Position numbers and translations under genes: made by a program | DNA from: an uncultured Thermoleophilia bacterium | Lineage (GTDB): Bacteria > Actinomycetota > Thermoleophilia > UBA2241 | DNA length: 64,000 bases | Assembly: GCA_963702475.1 (NCBI GenBank) | Contig: CAVPCT010000002.1 | Span: forward strand, 160,001 to 224,000 | Reading direction: 5' to 3' | Shown here: positions 1 to 12,412 of the stretch, in pieces | How positions within the stretch are numbered: the stretch's first letter is position 1 | Layout: each line of letters begins with the position of its first letter | Notes under the pieces: generated by a model | Databases searched by the model: none | What the model was told of the DNA's origin: nothing | What the model saw: the letters and a program-made list of their open reading frames with translations, nothing else

Positions 1-2
1 CC

Positions 3-1535
3 CGGCTCGGCCTCGACCTGCAGGGCGGCCTCGAGGTCGTCTACAGCGCCAGGACGGTCGACGGCAAGACGCCGTCGGACGCCCAGATGGACCAGACGAT
101 CGGCATTCTGGACCGGCGCGTCAACGGTCTGGGCGTCACCGAGTCGACCATCCAGAAGCAGGGCACCGACCAGATCGCCGTGGCGCTGCCGGGCATCGAC
201 GACGCCGAGCAGGCTCTGGCGATCATCGGCAAGACGGCGCAGCTCGAGTTCTACAAGGACGACCCTGAGTCGCGCCCCGTGGGCCCCGTCGCCACCAAAG
301 AAGAGGCCCTTGAGGAACTGAAGAGCCAGGGCGTCTCCCAGAGCGAGATCGACCAACTGGCGACGGAGGGCAACACTGCCGACTACGCGCTCGTCGAACG
401 GCAGGCCAGCGAGGCCGACGGTGTCGCTGCGGCCTGGTACGTGTACAAACGGCCACCGGCGCTCACCGGTGACGCCATCTCCGGCGCTCGCGCCGGCTAC
501 AACAGCAGTGGCCAGCCCAACGTGCTGATCGATTTCACCTCGGAGGGTAGTGAGACGTTCCAGGAGATCACCCGCGAGCTGTTCCGCACCGGCCTCCTCA
601 AAGACTCGCCGCAGACGTTCGCCATCGTACTGGACAACGTCATGGAGTCGGACCCGTACATCGACTACACGGATCCTGGACTGCGCGACGGCATCAGCGG
701 CGGCGCCGAGATCAGCGGCGGCAACATGACCGTCCAGGAGTCGCAGGACCTCGCCTTCGTGCTCAAGACCGGTGCGCTGCCGGTCAAGCTCGATCCCGCG
801 TACCAGCAGCAGGTCTCGGCCACGCTCGGCAAGGACTCGCTGGACCAGGCCCTCCTTGCCCTCCTCATCGGCCTGGGCCTGGTGCTGCTCTACATGCTCC
901 TCTTCTACCGTTTCCTGGGGCTGGTGGCAGACCTCGCGCTCCTCGTGTACGGCATCCTGCTCTGGGGGCTGTTCAATGTCATCCCGGTCACGCTCACGCT
1001 GCCGGGCGTCGCCGGCCTTATCCTCACCATCGGGGTGGCGGCCGACGCCAACGTCGTCATCTTCGAGCGCATCAAGGAAGAGGTCAGCCACGGCAAGACC
1101 GTGCGTTCCGCCGTGAACTCGGGGTACGCGCTCGGCTTCAAGACCATCCTCGACGCCAACGTCCTGACCCTGCTCACCGCGCTCGTGCTGTTCATCTTCG
1201 CCACTGCGCAGCCGAAGGGGTTCGCCGTCACGCTCATCCTTGGCGTGGTGGTCAGCATGTTCACGGCCGTGCTCTTCACGCGGGCGATCCTCGGCGTGCT
1301 CGCCGGGTTCGCCTTCTTCAACCGGGCGTCGCTCATGGGCGTCAAGCCGTCACACATCCAGCAAGCGAAGGCCGAAGAAGCCAAGCTCGCGCGCGATACC
1401 GCCGGGCGCACACGCGCCGGCGCCGCCGCGCAGCCGGTGACTGAGGCCGCGCCCGCGGGCGGCGACGCCGCGTCCGCCGCCCGCCCGGCCGGGCCGCGCC
1501 GGAAGTCGACAAGCAAACGCAAGACGCGGAGGTAG
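3..1535 (+). CDS. secD: Protein translocase subunit SecD (5' end truncated by the window edge)
   Basis: Frame is open from base 3 and reads RLGLDLQGGLEVVY, the SecD N-terminal motif. Also contains RRVNGLGVTE, GALP, TIGVAADANVVIFERIKEE and C-terminal TM helices. Followed by secF. Confidence 0.97.
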   Translation, partial: RLGLDLQGGLEVVYSARTVDGKTPSDAQMDQTIGILDRRVNGLGVTESTIQKQGTDQIAVALPGIDDAEQALAIIGKTAQLEFYKDDPESRPVGPVATKEEALEELKSQGVSQSEIDQLATEGNTADYALVERQASEADGVAAAWYVYKRPPALTGDAISGARAGYNSSGQPNVLIDFTSEGSETFQEITRELFRTGLLKDSPQTFAIVLDNVMESDPYIDYTDPGLRDGISGGAEISGGNMTVQESQDLAFVLKTGALPVKLDPAYQQQVSATLGKDSLDQALLALLIGLGLVLLYMLLFYRFLGLVADLALLVYGILLWGLFNVIPVTLTLPGVAGLILTIGVAADANVVIFERIKEEVSHGKTVRSAVNSGYALGFKTILDANVLTLLTALVLFIFATAQPKGFAVTLILGVVVSMFTAVLFTRAILGVLAGFAFFNRASLMGVKPSHIQQAKAEEAKLARDTAGRTRAGAAAQPVTEAAPAGGDAASAARPAGPRRKSTSKRKTRR

Positions 1536-1537
1536 CG

Positions 1538-2485
1538 GTGTCCTTCTTCCGTCGCCTGTATCAGTACGACTTCATGGGCCACAAGGTCTGGTGGTTCGCC
1601 CTCTCCGGCATCCTCATCGCCGTAAGCGTCTTGAGCCTCGGTATCAAGGGTCTCGACTTCGGGCTCGAGTTCCAGGAGGGGACACGGATCACGGTGTCGT
1701 TCGAGCAGCCCCCGGCGCTCGGCGACCTTCGCGAGGCCGTGGCCGAGGCCGGGTACTCCAACGCGCAGATCCAGCAGACCTCCAATGTGGCGGGCGCCAG
1801 CGTCGAGGGCTTCCAGATCCAGGTGCCGATGCTGTCAAGCGCCGAACAGGTGGCGCTGCGCAAGGCGCTGGACGAGCAGTTCACCATCGAGGGCCCGGAC
1901 GGTAAGCAGGTCTGGGGGGTCGAGACCGTGAGCGCCTCGTTCGGCCGGCAGGTCGTCAGTTCGTCCCTCAAGGCCATCGGCGTCGCGTTGCTGCTCATCC
2001 TCGCCTACGTCACGTTCCGCTTCCAGTGGAAGTACGCGCTCGGCGCCATCGCCGCGGTCATTCACGACACCGTGATCGTCGTCGGCATCTACTCGCTCAC
2101 CGGTCGCGAGGTCAGCACGGCGACGATCGCCGCCGTCCTCACCATCATGGGCTACTCCCTGTACGACAACGTCATCGTCTTCGACCGTATCCGGGAGAAC
2201 GAGGGCAAGCTCACGCGCATGACCTACGGCCACCTGGTGAACGAGTCGCTGGTGGAGATGCTGACGCGGTCGCTGAACACGACGCTCATGAGTTTGCTCC
2301 CGGTGATCTGCCTGCTCCTGTTCGGCGGTGAGACGCTCAAGGACTTCGCTTTCGCTCTGCTGGTGGGCATCATCCTCGGCGCGTACTCCACCTTCTTCGT
2401 CTCCGGACCGGTGCTCACGGTCCTCAAGGAGCGCGAGCCGCGGTACAAGAAGCTCAAGATGGCGGCTCGCGCCGAGGAGGCCTGA
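1538..2485 (+). CDS. secF: Protein translocase subunit SecF
   Basis: GLDFGLEFQEG, IHD and GYSLYDNVIVFDRIREN motifs; directly downstream of secD. Confidence 0.97.
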   Translation: MSFFRRLYQYDFMGHKVWWFALSGILIAVSVLSLGIKGLDFGLEFQEGTRITVSFEQPPALGDLREAVAEAGYSNAQIQQTSNVAGASVEGFQIQVPMLSSAEQVALRKALDEQFTIEGPDGKQVWGVETVSASFGRQVVSSSLKAIGVALLLILAYVTFRFQWKYALGAIAAVIHDTVIVVGIYSLTGREVSTATIAAVLTIMGYSLYDNVIVFDRIRENEGKLTRMTYGHLVNESLVEMLTRSLNTTLMSLLPVICLLLFGGETLKDFAFALLVGIILGAYSTFFVSGPVLTVLKEREPRYKKLKMAARAEEA

Positions 2486-2504
2486 GGCGCCGCACGTGGG
2501 GACT

Positions 2505-2541
2505 TCGAGCGCCGGTCGAGGTGGTCTCGACCGGCGCTCGA
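2505..2541 (+). terminator. Stem-loop after secDF, probable intrinsic terminator
   Basis: 16-bp perfect inverted repeat tcgagcgccggtcgag / ctcgaccggcgctcga with a 5-nt loop, 20 nt after the secF stop. No strong U-tract. Confidence 0.6.
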
Positions 2542-2718
2542 CGCTTCTGGGGGCCTGCGCGACATGGCTCAGGCTCCCGCAGAGGCTCACGACGTACGCC
2601 GCAGAATCCGCTCCCCTGTGTCTTTACAGGGGCCTCTCTCGGGTCTAGCGTCGCGGTCGGGCCGGCGGTGGCCGGCGGCGCGCGATGAACGCGCAGGGGC
2701 GACGCGTGAGGGGGCACA

Positions 2719-3162
2719 GTGGAGCATCGATCGGGGGCCGGAGGCGGGGGGAGCCGGCGGGGTTCGCGGCTACGCCTGTACGTCCCCGATGAGCCCGGAG
2801 CCCCGCCGGTGCTCATGCTGTCCGGCGAGTTCGACGTGGCCAACGTGCGCGAGATCGACCGCTTCCTGCGCCGCCGCCTGGGACCCTTCTATCACCGTGG
2901 CGACCTAGTCATCGACCTCAGCGGGACGAGCTTCATCGACTCGAGCTTCGTGGGCTTTCTCGTGCGGCTCGTGAAGGAGCTGCGCGGTGCCGGCAGAGAG
3001 CTCCTGCTGGTGCGCCCCGGGGGGCAGGTGCGCCGCGTCTTCGCGATCGTGGGGTTGCCCAACCTGGTACCGGTGTTCGACTCGCTCGAGGATGCGCTCG
3101 GGTCGCTGCGCAGGGGTCCGCTGCCACTCATCCCGCCCCGCTTCGAGTTGCGCCGGGCGTAG
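2719..3162 (+). CDS. STAS-domain anti-sigma factor antagonist
   Basis: LSGEFD...VIDLSGTSFIDSS...VRRVFAIVGL pattern of SpoIIAA/RsbV-type STAS proteins. Confidence 0.85.
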   Translation: MEHRSGAGGGGSRRGSRLRLYVPDEPGAPPVLMLSGEFDVANVREIDRFLRRRLGPFYHRGDLVIDLSGTSFIDSSFVGFLVRLVKELRGAGRELLLVRPGGQVRRVFAIVGLPNLVPVFDSLEDALGSLRRGPLPLIPPRFELRRA

Positions 3163-3245
3163 GCTCGAGGGGGGTCAGGCGCAACAGGAATCAGGGCCGC
3201 GCCGGTGTCGCGTGGCCGGGACGCCGTCCCTGCGGGCGGGGGCCT

Positions 3246-3569
3246 TCAGGAGGCGCGCGGGTGGGCGCTCACGTCGCCCATCACGCGTGCCGCCAGCATG
3301 CGGGCCTGAAAGGCCTTCATGCGGCAGCCGTCGCTGCAGTACTTCTTGGCGGGGTTGGTGGTCACAAAATCCCGGCCGCACAGCTCGAAGGCGCAGCGCC
3401 GGGACATCTCCTCGTGGTGGCTGACACCCCGCACTCCCGGATGGAACTCCTCTCTCCATCCGTCCCCGTGCAGAGCGCACACCTGAGAAGGGTTGTAGGC
3501 GGAGAGCCTCGTTCCGCAGCCCTCGACCCTGCAGATCCTGCCGACCCCGTATGTGCGTGTCTTGTCCAT
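3246..3569 (-). CDS. Small double zinc-finger protein (C-terminal CGNR-like finger)
   Basis: CRVEGC...CALH and CAFELC...KKYCSDGCRMKAFQAR cysteine clusters; GAGG SD upstream of the ATG. Confidence 0.65.
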   Translation of the reverse strand: MDKTRTYGVGRICRVEGCGTRLSAYNPSQVCALHGDGWREEFHPGVRGVSHHEEMSRRCAFELCGRDFVTTNPAKKYCSDGCRMKAFQARMLAARVMGDVSAHPRAS

Positions 3570-3625
3570 GTCCTCACCGTCTCGTGGGGCGTACGCGCAC
3601 GCCCACGCGGGAAGTCACGGCACTG

Positions 3626-3985
3626 TCAGGGTGCTGCCGCTTTGATGGCCTCGGCGCGCGACGGGTAGATGCCGAAGATGCGGTCGAGGCCGGTGATCTC
3701 GAAGATGCGGATGATGTTCTCGTCGGTGCAGACGATGTCGAGGTTGCCGTTGCGGGGCCGCACCCGTTTGGCGCCGCTCACGAGAACGCCCAGCGCGGTG
3801 GAGTCGATGAAGGTGACCTGGGAGAGGTCGACGATGACCCGGCGGGCGCCGCCCTCGATGCCGTTCACGAGGACTTCCTTGAACTGCGGCGCGGAGTAGA
3901 TGTCGATCTCCCCTCCGAGGACCACGACACCGACGTCGTCACTCGGCGTCTCGTAGACGACGCTGAACTGCGGCCGTTCCTCCAT
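3626..3985 (-). CDS. Anti-sigma factor antagonist (RsbV/BldG-like STAS protein)
   Basis: GEIDIYSAPQFKE, VDLSQVTFIDSTALGVLV and RIFEITGLD motifs. ATG at 3985 with GGAGG upstream is preferred over the longer ORF start. Confidence 0.92.
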   Translation of the reverse strand: MEERPQFSVVYETPSDDVGVVVLGGEIDIYSAPQFKEVLVNGIEGGARRVIVDLSQVTFIDSTALGVLVSGAKRVRPRNGNLDIVCTDENIIRIFEITGLDRIFGIYPSRAEAIKAAAP

Positions 3986-4140
3986 GCACGCCTCCTCTCG
4001 TTCCTCTTGTGGCTGGGCGGACGGGCACCGAAGGCGTGCGCCCGAGTGCTCGTCCACTTAGTTTCCGGAGGGGGTGGCAGCTAAACCCACCGGGGCAGGA
4101 CGGCGCCGGCCGCGCGGGCGGCGGGCGACCGGCCGCGGCG

Positions 4141-5694
4141 TCAGGGGGGCGCCGTGGGAAGCAGGTCCTCGCCGGTCGCGTGACCGCGCACGGCGTACGC
4201 GGCGATCATGCGGTCGGTGATCCACTCCACCGGGGCGCGGTCGTCGGTCCACGGCTGCGAGGAGGGGGCCGCGGGTCTCAGGTCCCGGGCGAACAGCTCC
4301 GTGTCCAGGAGGATCGGCTGGGGCGCCGACAGCAGGCGGGTGCGCAGTACCTCTTCGGGCTGCGGCGAGCTCAGGCCGACGACGAACTGGTTGAAGCGCA
4401 GCGCCTGCCAGGTGACGACCTGGGGGAGCTCGGTGGCGAGGGTGCCGGCGACGGCCTCCGCGAGGCGGTGGTCGCCGGGCACGGTGGTGACGTTGAGGGC
4501 CACGAGCCCGCCGGGTGTGAGCCGCTGCTTGCAGAGGCGGAAGAACTCCTGCGTGGTGAGGTAGAACGGCACGTAAGGCTGGCGGTAGGCGTCGATGAGG
4601 ATGAGGTCGTAGCGCGCCCGCGTGCTGCGCAGGAACGGGCGCGCGTCGGCGTCGTGCACCGTGAGGAGCGGGTTGTCGTCGAGGCCGAACCAGCGCCGGC
4701 CGACGGCCGTGACGGCCGGGTCGATCTCGACGCCGTCGATACGCGCCTCGGGGTAGTAGACGCCGTAGGCGCGAGCGGTGGTGCCCGCCGCGTTACCGAG
4801 GATCGCGACGCGGCGCACCGGACGTCCGAGGAGCGGCGGCGCGGTGAGGAACATGTCCCACTCGCCGCCGGTCAGCACCGTGTCGGCGCGCCAGATGGAG
4901 TGCACGGCGAGGCCCTCGTTCAGATAGAGCAGCCGCTCGGGCCCTTTCTGCACCACCTGGATGAACTGGTACTGCGACTCCTCCTCGTGCACGAGACCGG
5001 GAGAGGCCTTGACCACGCCGGGTGGCAGCGCCAGCAGCCCACCGATGACGGCCGCCACGACGAGGCCCGGTACGAGCCGGCGGCGCCCGAGCAGCGGCAG
5101 CGCCGAGAGGGCTATCACCAGCGCCGAGCACAGGAGGGTGCGCTGCGTGCCGATGAGCGGGATGGCGACGAGGGCTGCGAAGAAGGTGCCGAGGATGCTC
5201 CCGGCCGTGGAGAGGGCGAAGATGCGCCCTGCCACGCGTCCGGCGTCGGCCACGCCGGTGGTGGCCAGACGGACGGCGAACGGCGTCACCATGCCGAGCA
5301 GCACGACCGGCGGCGCGAACAGCAGCAGCGAGGCCGCGAAGGACCCCACCACCGCGCCGGTGGAGATCGTGTCGAGGCCTCGCACGGAGAGGTCGAGAAG
5401 GGGCCGCGCCACGAAGGGGACCGCGGCCACCAGCGCCGATGCGACCAGCACGATGGTCGCGAGCAGCGTCGCCGACGGACGCTTGTCCGCCCACTTGCCG
5501 CCGAGCCAGTACCCCAGGGACAGCGACACGAGGATGAGCCCGATGATGTTGGCCCACACCACCGTCGAAGACCCGTAGTAGGGCGCCAGCAGCCGTGAGG
5601 CGCACATCTCGGTGGCCATGGAGCCGATGCCGGCGAAGAAGACGAGGGCGGTGAGGGCGCGGCGGCGGGGTCGCTCTTGGGGTGCGGTGCTCAT
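4141..5694 (-). CDS. Membrane-fused spermidine synthase-like SAM-dependent methyltransferase-fold protein
   Basis: Seven N-terminal TM segments (EMCASRLLAPYYGSS), then ESQYQ, ILGNAAG, VEIDP, DAR and DLILIDAY. Confidence 0.85.
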   Translation of the reverse strand: MSTAPQERPRRRALTALVFFAGIGSMATEMCASRLLAPYYGSSTVVWANIIGLILVSLSLGYWLGGKWADKRPSATLLATIVLVASALVAAVPFVARPLLDLSVRGLDTISTGAVVGSFAASLLLFAPPVVLLGMVTPFAVRLATTGVADAGRVAGRIFALSTAGSILGTFFAALVAIPLIGTQRTLLCSALVIALSALPLLGRRRLVPGLVVAAVIGGLLALPPGVVKASPGLVHEEESQYQFIQVVQKGPERLLYLNEGLAVHSIWRADTVLTGGEWDMFLTAPPLLGRPVRRVAILGNAAGTTARAYGVYYPEARIDGVEIDPAVTAVGRRWFGLDDNPLLTVHDADARPFLRSTRARYDLILIDAYRQPYVPFYLTTQEFFRLCKQRLTPGGLVALNVTTVPGDHRLAEAVAGTLATELPQVVTWQALRFNQFVVGLSSPQPEEVLRTRLLSAPQPILLDTELFARDLRPAAPSSQPWTDDRAPVEWITDRMIAAYAVRGHATGEDLLPTAPP

Positions 5695-5829
5695 CACGGC
5701 GAGACAGTCTACCGGACCGGCGCCGGCGATGACGGCGCCGGGCTCGGTGCGGGCGCTGGTCGGGCGCACGTATGGCGGCGGCCTTGCGGGCGCTGGGCAG
5801 GCGCGCGGGTTGCGAGGGAGAGGGGGAAG

Positions 5830-5905
5830 TGGTGGAGGTAAGCGGGCTCGAACCGCTGACCTTCTGGCTGCCAGCCAGACGCTCTCCCAGCTGAGCTATA
5901 CCCCC
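5830..5905 (-). tRNA. tRNA-Ala(GGC)
   Basis: Reverse complement folds as a 76-nt cloverleaf GGGGGTATAGCTCAG...TTACCTCCACCA, with anticodon GGC, the G3:U70 Ala identity pair and encoded CCA. Confidence 0.97.
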
Positions 5906-6094
5906 ACTCGAGGTGCCGGACGGGTCCGGCAGGCAACGAAGTATACCCGCGGACTCCGGGGGTCGCAACTTCGCTGCCGCGGGGTTCCGTGGACGCCGAC
6001 GAGAGTCCCGCTCCGCGGCCCGGCCCGACCTGTCGTGTAGAATCAGGCGTCGCGCACGGCTTCGGCGCGAACGACCACCGTTCGAAAGGACCCA

Positions 6095-8572
<2,478 letters not shown>

Positions 8573-8585
8573 GGCGCGGGCCGGC

Positions 8586-9011
8586 TCAGCTCAACGCGCC
8601 CTCGATCTTGGTGAGGGCTTCCTTCTCGTGCGGGCCCACGCCCTTGGATGCGGCGGCCGTGGCCTGCGCGACGCCCATGATGAACGCCTTGAAGGCGTCG
8701 ACGTCGTCGGGTGACTTCGCTGCGACGATCTTCAGCGCCTCGTGGATGCGCTTCACGGCCTCATCGCCGAGGTGCGCGTGGTCGTGGGTCATCCGCTTGT
8801 CGTGGCTCAGCTTCACACTGCCCGCAAGGTCGTGGACGAGCGGGCTGGTGGTGTCTGCCTTGGCATGGGCCATGAACTTCGCCGCCGCCGTGGCCTCCTT
8901 GAACGTCGCCCAGAAGCTGGCTTCCGCCAGCGACACGTACGTCATCGTGTCGGTGACCGCCCACTCCAGGGTGGTCCACTCGTCGTCGGTGAACAGGGTC
9001 TTGCTCGTCAT
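8586..9011 (-). CDS. Hypothetical all-helical protein
   Basis: AAGGAGG SD, coding-like codon usage, 141 aa. C-terminus only loosely TerB-like. Confidence 0.6.
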   Translation of the reverse strand: MTSKTLFTDDEWTTLEWAVTDTMTYVSLAEASFWATFKEATAAAKFMAHAKADTTSPLVHDLAGSVKLSHDKRMTHDHAHLGDEAVKRIHEALKIVAAKSPDDVDAFKAFIMGVAQATAAASKGVGPHEKEALTKIEGALS

Positions 9012-9245
9012 GCCGCCTCCTTGGTGCCGCCGGTCGGTCTCGTCGGCGTGACGATACTCCAGCGGCGCGGCGCTCGCACCGCGCGGCGGTCGCGGTTTCC
9101 GTCACGACTGGGTCTCCGGCAACGTCAACCGGTGCTATCCCCCCTGAGGGGCGATGCCGTGGCGGCCTGCCGGGGCTAGCCTGTGTGTGCCACGCGTCTT
9201 CGCCACGTGGCCTCACCCGCACCAGCAGCTACCCGGGAGGTCCTC

Positions 9246-9959
9246 ATGCAACTCTCACGCCGCCAGATCATCGCGTACGTGGCGGTGGCCGCGGTCGTGG
9301 CCGCCGTGGGCGTTCGGTACCTGGTGGTGCCCAGGACCGCGGGCCGGGGCGGAGGCGAGCCTCTGATGCTGTCGAGTGTGGTCCCCGGTCAGGGGTCCTC
9401 CGCGGCCGGGCAGGCCGGCGCCGCGGGGGTGCAGATCGCCGCGGGCGCTGCGTCCGCCGGCCCGGCCGCGGCCGCATCGCCGGCGGCCGACGCCGTCGTC
9501 TACGTGTGCGGCGCCGTCAGGTCGCCCGGTGTCGTGCGCCTGCCGCAGGGCGCCCGCGTTGCGGAAGCGCTCGAGCTGGCCGGTGGCGCGACGGCCGGCG
9601 CCGAGCTCGCCGCCGTCAATCTCGCGGCCAAGGTCGTCGACGGGCAGCAGATCCTGGTGCCGGAGAAGGCCGCCGCTCAGGGGCAGGCCGGCGGCGGAGC
9701 TGGTGCACTCGCCGCCGCAGCCTCCGGCGGCACGGCCGCGGGCTCCCTCGGCCCGGCGATCCCCGGAGCGCTCGTCAACATCAACACCGCGTCGCTGGCC
9801 GAGCTCGATGTGCTCCAGGGCGTCGGGCCGTCCACCGCGCAGAAGATCATCGACTACCGCACCGCGAACGGGCCGTTCGCGCGCATCGAAGACCTCATGG
9901 ACGTGAGTGGCATAGGAGAGGCCAGGTTCGCGGCGCTGCAAGCCTCCATCACGGTGTGA
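9246..9959 (+). CDS. comEA: Competence DNA-binding protein ComEA
   Basis: N-terminal TM helix, SLBB domain (VYVCGAVRSPGV...NLAAKVVDGQQI) and HhH (VNINTAS...GVGPSTAQKII...GIG). GGGAGG SD before ATG 9246. Confidence 0.93.
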   Translation: MQLSRRQIIAYVAVAAVVAAVGVRYLVVPRTAGRGGGEPLMLSSVVPGQGSSAAGQAGAAGVQIAAGAASAGPAAAASPAADAVVYVCGAVRSPGVVRLPQGARVAEALELAGGATAGAELAAVNLAAKVVDGQQILVPEKAAAQGQAGGGAGALAAAASGGTAAGSLGPAIPGALVNINTASLAELDVLQGVGPSTAQKIIDYRTANGPFARIEDLMDVSGIGEARFAALQASITV

Positions 9960-9965
9960 TCCGCG

Positions 9966-12350
9966 GTGCTCCGTCGCGTCGCGCCGCCTCACCTCCTTCT
10001 GGCCGGGTATTGCGCCGGTCTGTGTCTGGCACTCGTTGGGGCAGCGCCGCTGTGGGCGCTGCTCCTCCTGTTCGTGGCGCCGGCGGCCGGCCTGGCGTTC
10101 TGCGCGTGGGGCTGTTCGAGGGAGGGGTCCGGACCCGCATGGCTCGCGGGCGTCCCTCTCCTGCTGGTCGTGCTCTTCCTCGCAGCCGGGCTCGCGGTGG
10201 GCGCCGCCCGCCTGGCATCGCTGGGCGGCAGCGAGCTGGCCGGCTTCGTCGGGCGCACGGTCGGGCTCACGGCGGTGGTCACCGACCTGCCGGCCGTGAA
10301 AGAGGACACCGCGACCTTTGCTCTCGCCGTCGAGTCCTTGGACGGGCGAGAGGTCGGCGAGCCGGCCCACCTGCGCCTGCGTCTCGCGGAGGGGCAGACG
10401 ATGCCCGCCGGGTCCACCGGACCACTGGTCGAGGGCATGCGGGTGACCGTGGACCACGTGCACGTGGAGGGCCTGCCCGCGCCGCGGCCCGGCGCGTTCG
10501 ACTACGGCCGCTACCTGCGGCGCAGAGGCGAGCACGTCATCCTCGAGGCGGATGCGGCGGACCTCCGCCTGGCCGGGCGGCGCGGCGGGCTGCAGGGCGC
10601 CGTCGACAGCCTGCGCGAGGCGTCCCGGTCCCATCTGCGGCAGGGCCTGCACGGAGTGGTGGCCGAGGTCCTGCAGGGCATGGTGCTCGGGGACGACGAG
10701 GGGGTCGACCAGGCGGCGATCGACGACTTCCGGCGAAGCGGGCTGCTGCACATCATGGCCGTGTCCGGTGAGAACGTCGTGCTGCTGTGCAGCATGTGGG
10801 CCTTCGTCTTCTCGCTCCTGGGCATCCCGCGGCTGGTGCGGACGGCGCTGTTGGTGCCCGTCGTGCTCGTCTACGTGGTGCTCACGGGGGCGTCACCCTC
10901 GATCGTGCGCGCCGGCATCTCCGGAGTGGTGGGGCTGCTGGCAGTCATGGCCTCGCGGCCGGCCGACGGCTGGCTGCTCTGGCTCCTGCCGGCGGCCTGG
11001 CTGCTCACGCTCAACCCCAGCAACCTGTACGACGTCAGCTTCCAGCTGTCGTTCGGTGCGGTGGCCGGGCTCCTCGTCCTGGCGCGTCCGCTCACGCGGC
11101 TCTTCCGCTGGCTGCCTGGGCCGCTGCCCGAGCAGGCCGGGGTCACGACCGCGGCGAGCCTCTCCACCGCACCGGTCTCCATGCTCACCTTCGGGTCGGC
11201 TTCGATCGTGAGCGTGCCCGCCAACCTCCTGGGGGGCTTCGTCCTCGGTCCGATCATGTTCCTCGGGATGCTCTCCCTGCTGGTCGGGTCCGTGGCGAGC
11301 TGGGCCTCAGCGCCGCTCAACGTGGTCGCGGGGCTGTTCATCGGCTTCCTGCTCGAGGTGGCACACAGGTTCGCCGCTCTACCGTGGGCGGTGTTCGAGT
11401 GGCAGGGTCTGTCGCTGCGGCTGCTGCTGGTGGTCGCCGCAATCGCCGAGCTCGCCGTACTGTGGGTGCTGGCCGGACGGGCCGGCGTGGGCCTGCGCGC
11501 GTTCGTTGGCGCTCCAGGGCGGCGCTGGCATGTGGTGACGGCCACGGCCGGGCTGCTGGCGGCCGTGCTGCTGCTGGCGCCCGCCCCGGCAGCGGCGCCT
11601 CAGCGGCCGACGCTCACGTTCCTGGACGTCGGTGAGGGCGCGGCCACACTGCTGCAGGTGCCGGCCGGCCCAACGGTGCTCGTGGACGCGGGCCCGGCTC
11701 CGCTGGCTCGCACGCTGCGCGAGCACGCGGTCGAAGCCGTCGATCTCCTGATCCTCTCGCACGGGCACGACGACCACGTGGCAGGGTTGGAGGACGTCGT
11801 AGGCAGCGTCCCCGTGAAGGTCGCCGTGTTGCCCGCTCCGGAAGTACGCTCGTCAGCGCTCGACGACATCGAGGCCAGACTCCGGGCGGAGGGCGCCGAC
11901 GTACGCCGGTGCGATGGGGAGCTGCGGATACCCGGTGAGGGGTGGAGTCTCGCGCTTCTCCCGAGCGATCCGGTGGGTGCGGTGGACCAGAACCAGAGGG
12001 AGAACGACGACGCCCTGGTCGTGATCGTGGAGCTCGACGGTCAGCGGGTGCTTCTCCCGGGTGACGCGGAGGGGCCGGCGCTGGCGGCCCTCGACCTGCC
12101 GGCGTGCACGGTGGTCGGCGTCCCGCATCACGGGAGCGCGGGCGGCTTCGACGCCGCGCTCCTGAGTGAGCTCTCACCGCGCTTGGCGGTCGTTCCGGTA
12201 GGGCCCAACCGGCACGGGCACCCGAGCGCGGAGACCCTCAGCCTGCTCGCGGCCGCCGGCGTGCCGTGCGCGCGGACCGACGAGCGAGGGGATGTGGTGC
12301 TCACGGCCGATGGCGGGCAGCTCGCCGTGGTCACGGAGCGCCGCGGCTGA
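9966..12350 (+). CDS. comEC: DNA internalization competence protein ComEC/Rec2
   Basis: PGAFDY, FRRSGLLHIMAVSGEN, SFQLSF, and a metallo-beta-lactamase domain (FLDVGEG, HGHDDH, HHGS, NRHGHP). Confidence 0.93.
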   Translation: MLRRVAPPHLLLAGYCAGLCLALVGAAPLWALLLLFVAPAAGLAFCAWGCSREGSGPAWLAGVPLLLVVLFLAAGLAVGAARLASLGGSELAGFVGRTVGLTAVVTDLPAVKEDTATFALAVESLDGREVGEPAHLRLRLAEGQTMPAGSTGPLVEGMRVTVDHVHVEGLPAPRPGAFDYGRYLRRRGEHVILEADAADLRLAGRRGGLQGAVDSLREASRSHLRQGLHGVVAEVLQGMVLGDDEGVDQAAIDDFRRSGLLHIMAVSGENVVLLCSMWAFVFSLLGIPRLVRTALLVPVVLVYVVLTGASPSIVRAGISGVVGLLAVMASRPADGWLLWLLPAAWLLTLNPSNLYDVSFQLSFGAVAGLLVLARPLTRLFRWLPGPLPEQAGVTTAASLSTAPVSMLTFGSASIVSVPANLLGGFVLGPIMFLGMLSLLVGSVASWASAPLNVVAGLFIGFLLEVAHRFAALPWAVFEWQGLSLRLLLVVAAIAELAVLWVLAGRAGVGLRAFVGAPGRRWHVVTATAGLLAAVLLLAPAPAAAPQRPTLTFLDVGEGAATLLQVPAGPTVLVDAGPAPLARTLREHAVEAVDLLILSHGHDDHVAGLEDVVGSVPVKVAVLPAPEVRSSALDDIEARLRAEGADVRRCDGELRIPGEGWSLALLPSDPVGAVDQNQRENDDALVVIVELDGQRVLLPGDAEGPALAALDLPACTVVGVPHHGSAGGFDAALLSELSPRLAVVPVGPNRHGHPSAETLSLLAAAGVPCARTDERGDVVLTADGGQLAVVTERRG

Positions 12351-12412
12351 CGGCGGCTCGCGGCCGCTGCGCCCGCGGGGCTGCCGGCTCGGTGACCGCG
12401 GCGCCGAGGGCG

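Noticed and set aside
5906-6094. T-box leader for leuS
   Set aside because: No T-box consensus (GGTGGnACCGCG) seen; the region holds divergent -10 boxes for the tRNA and leuS, leaving only a short leader.
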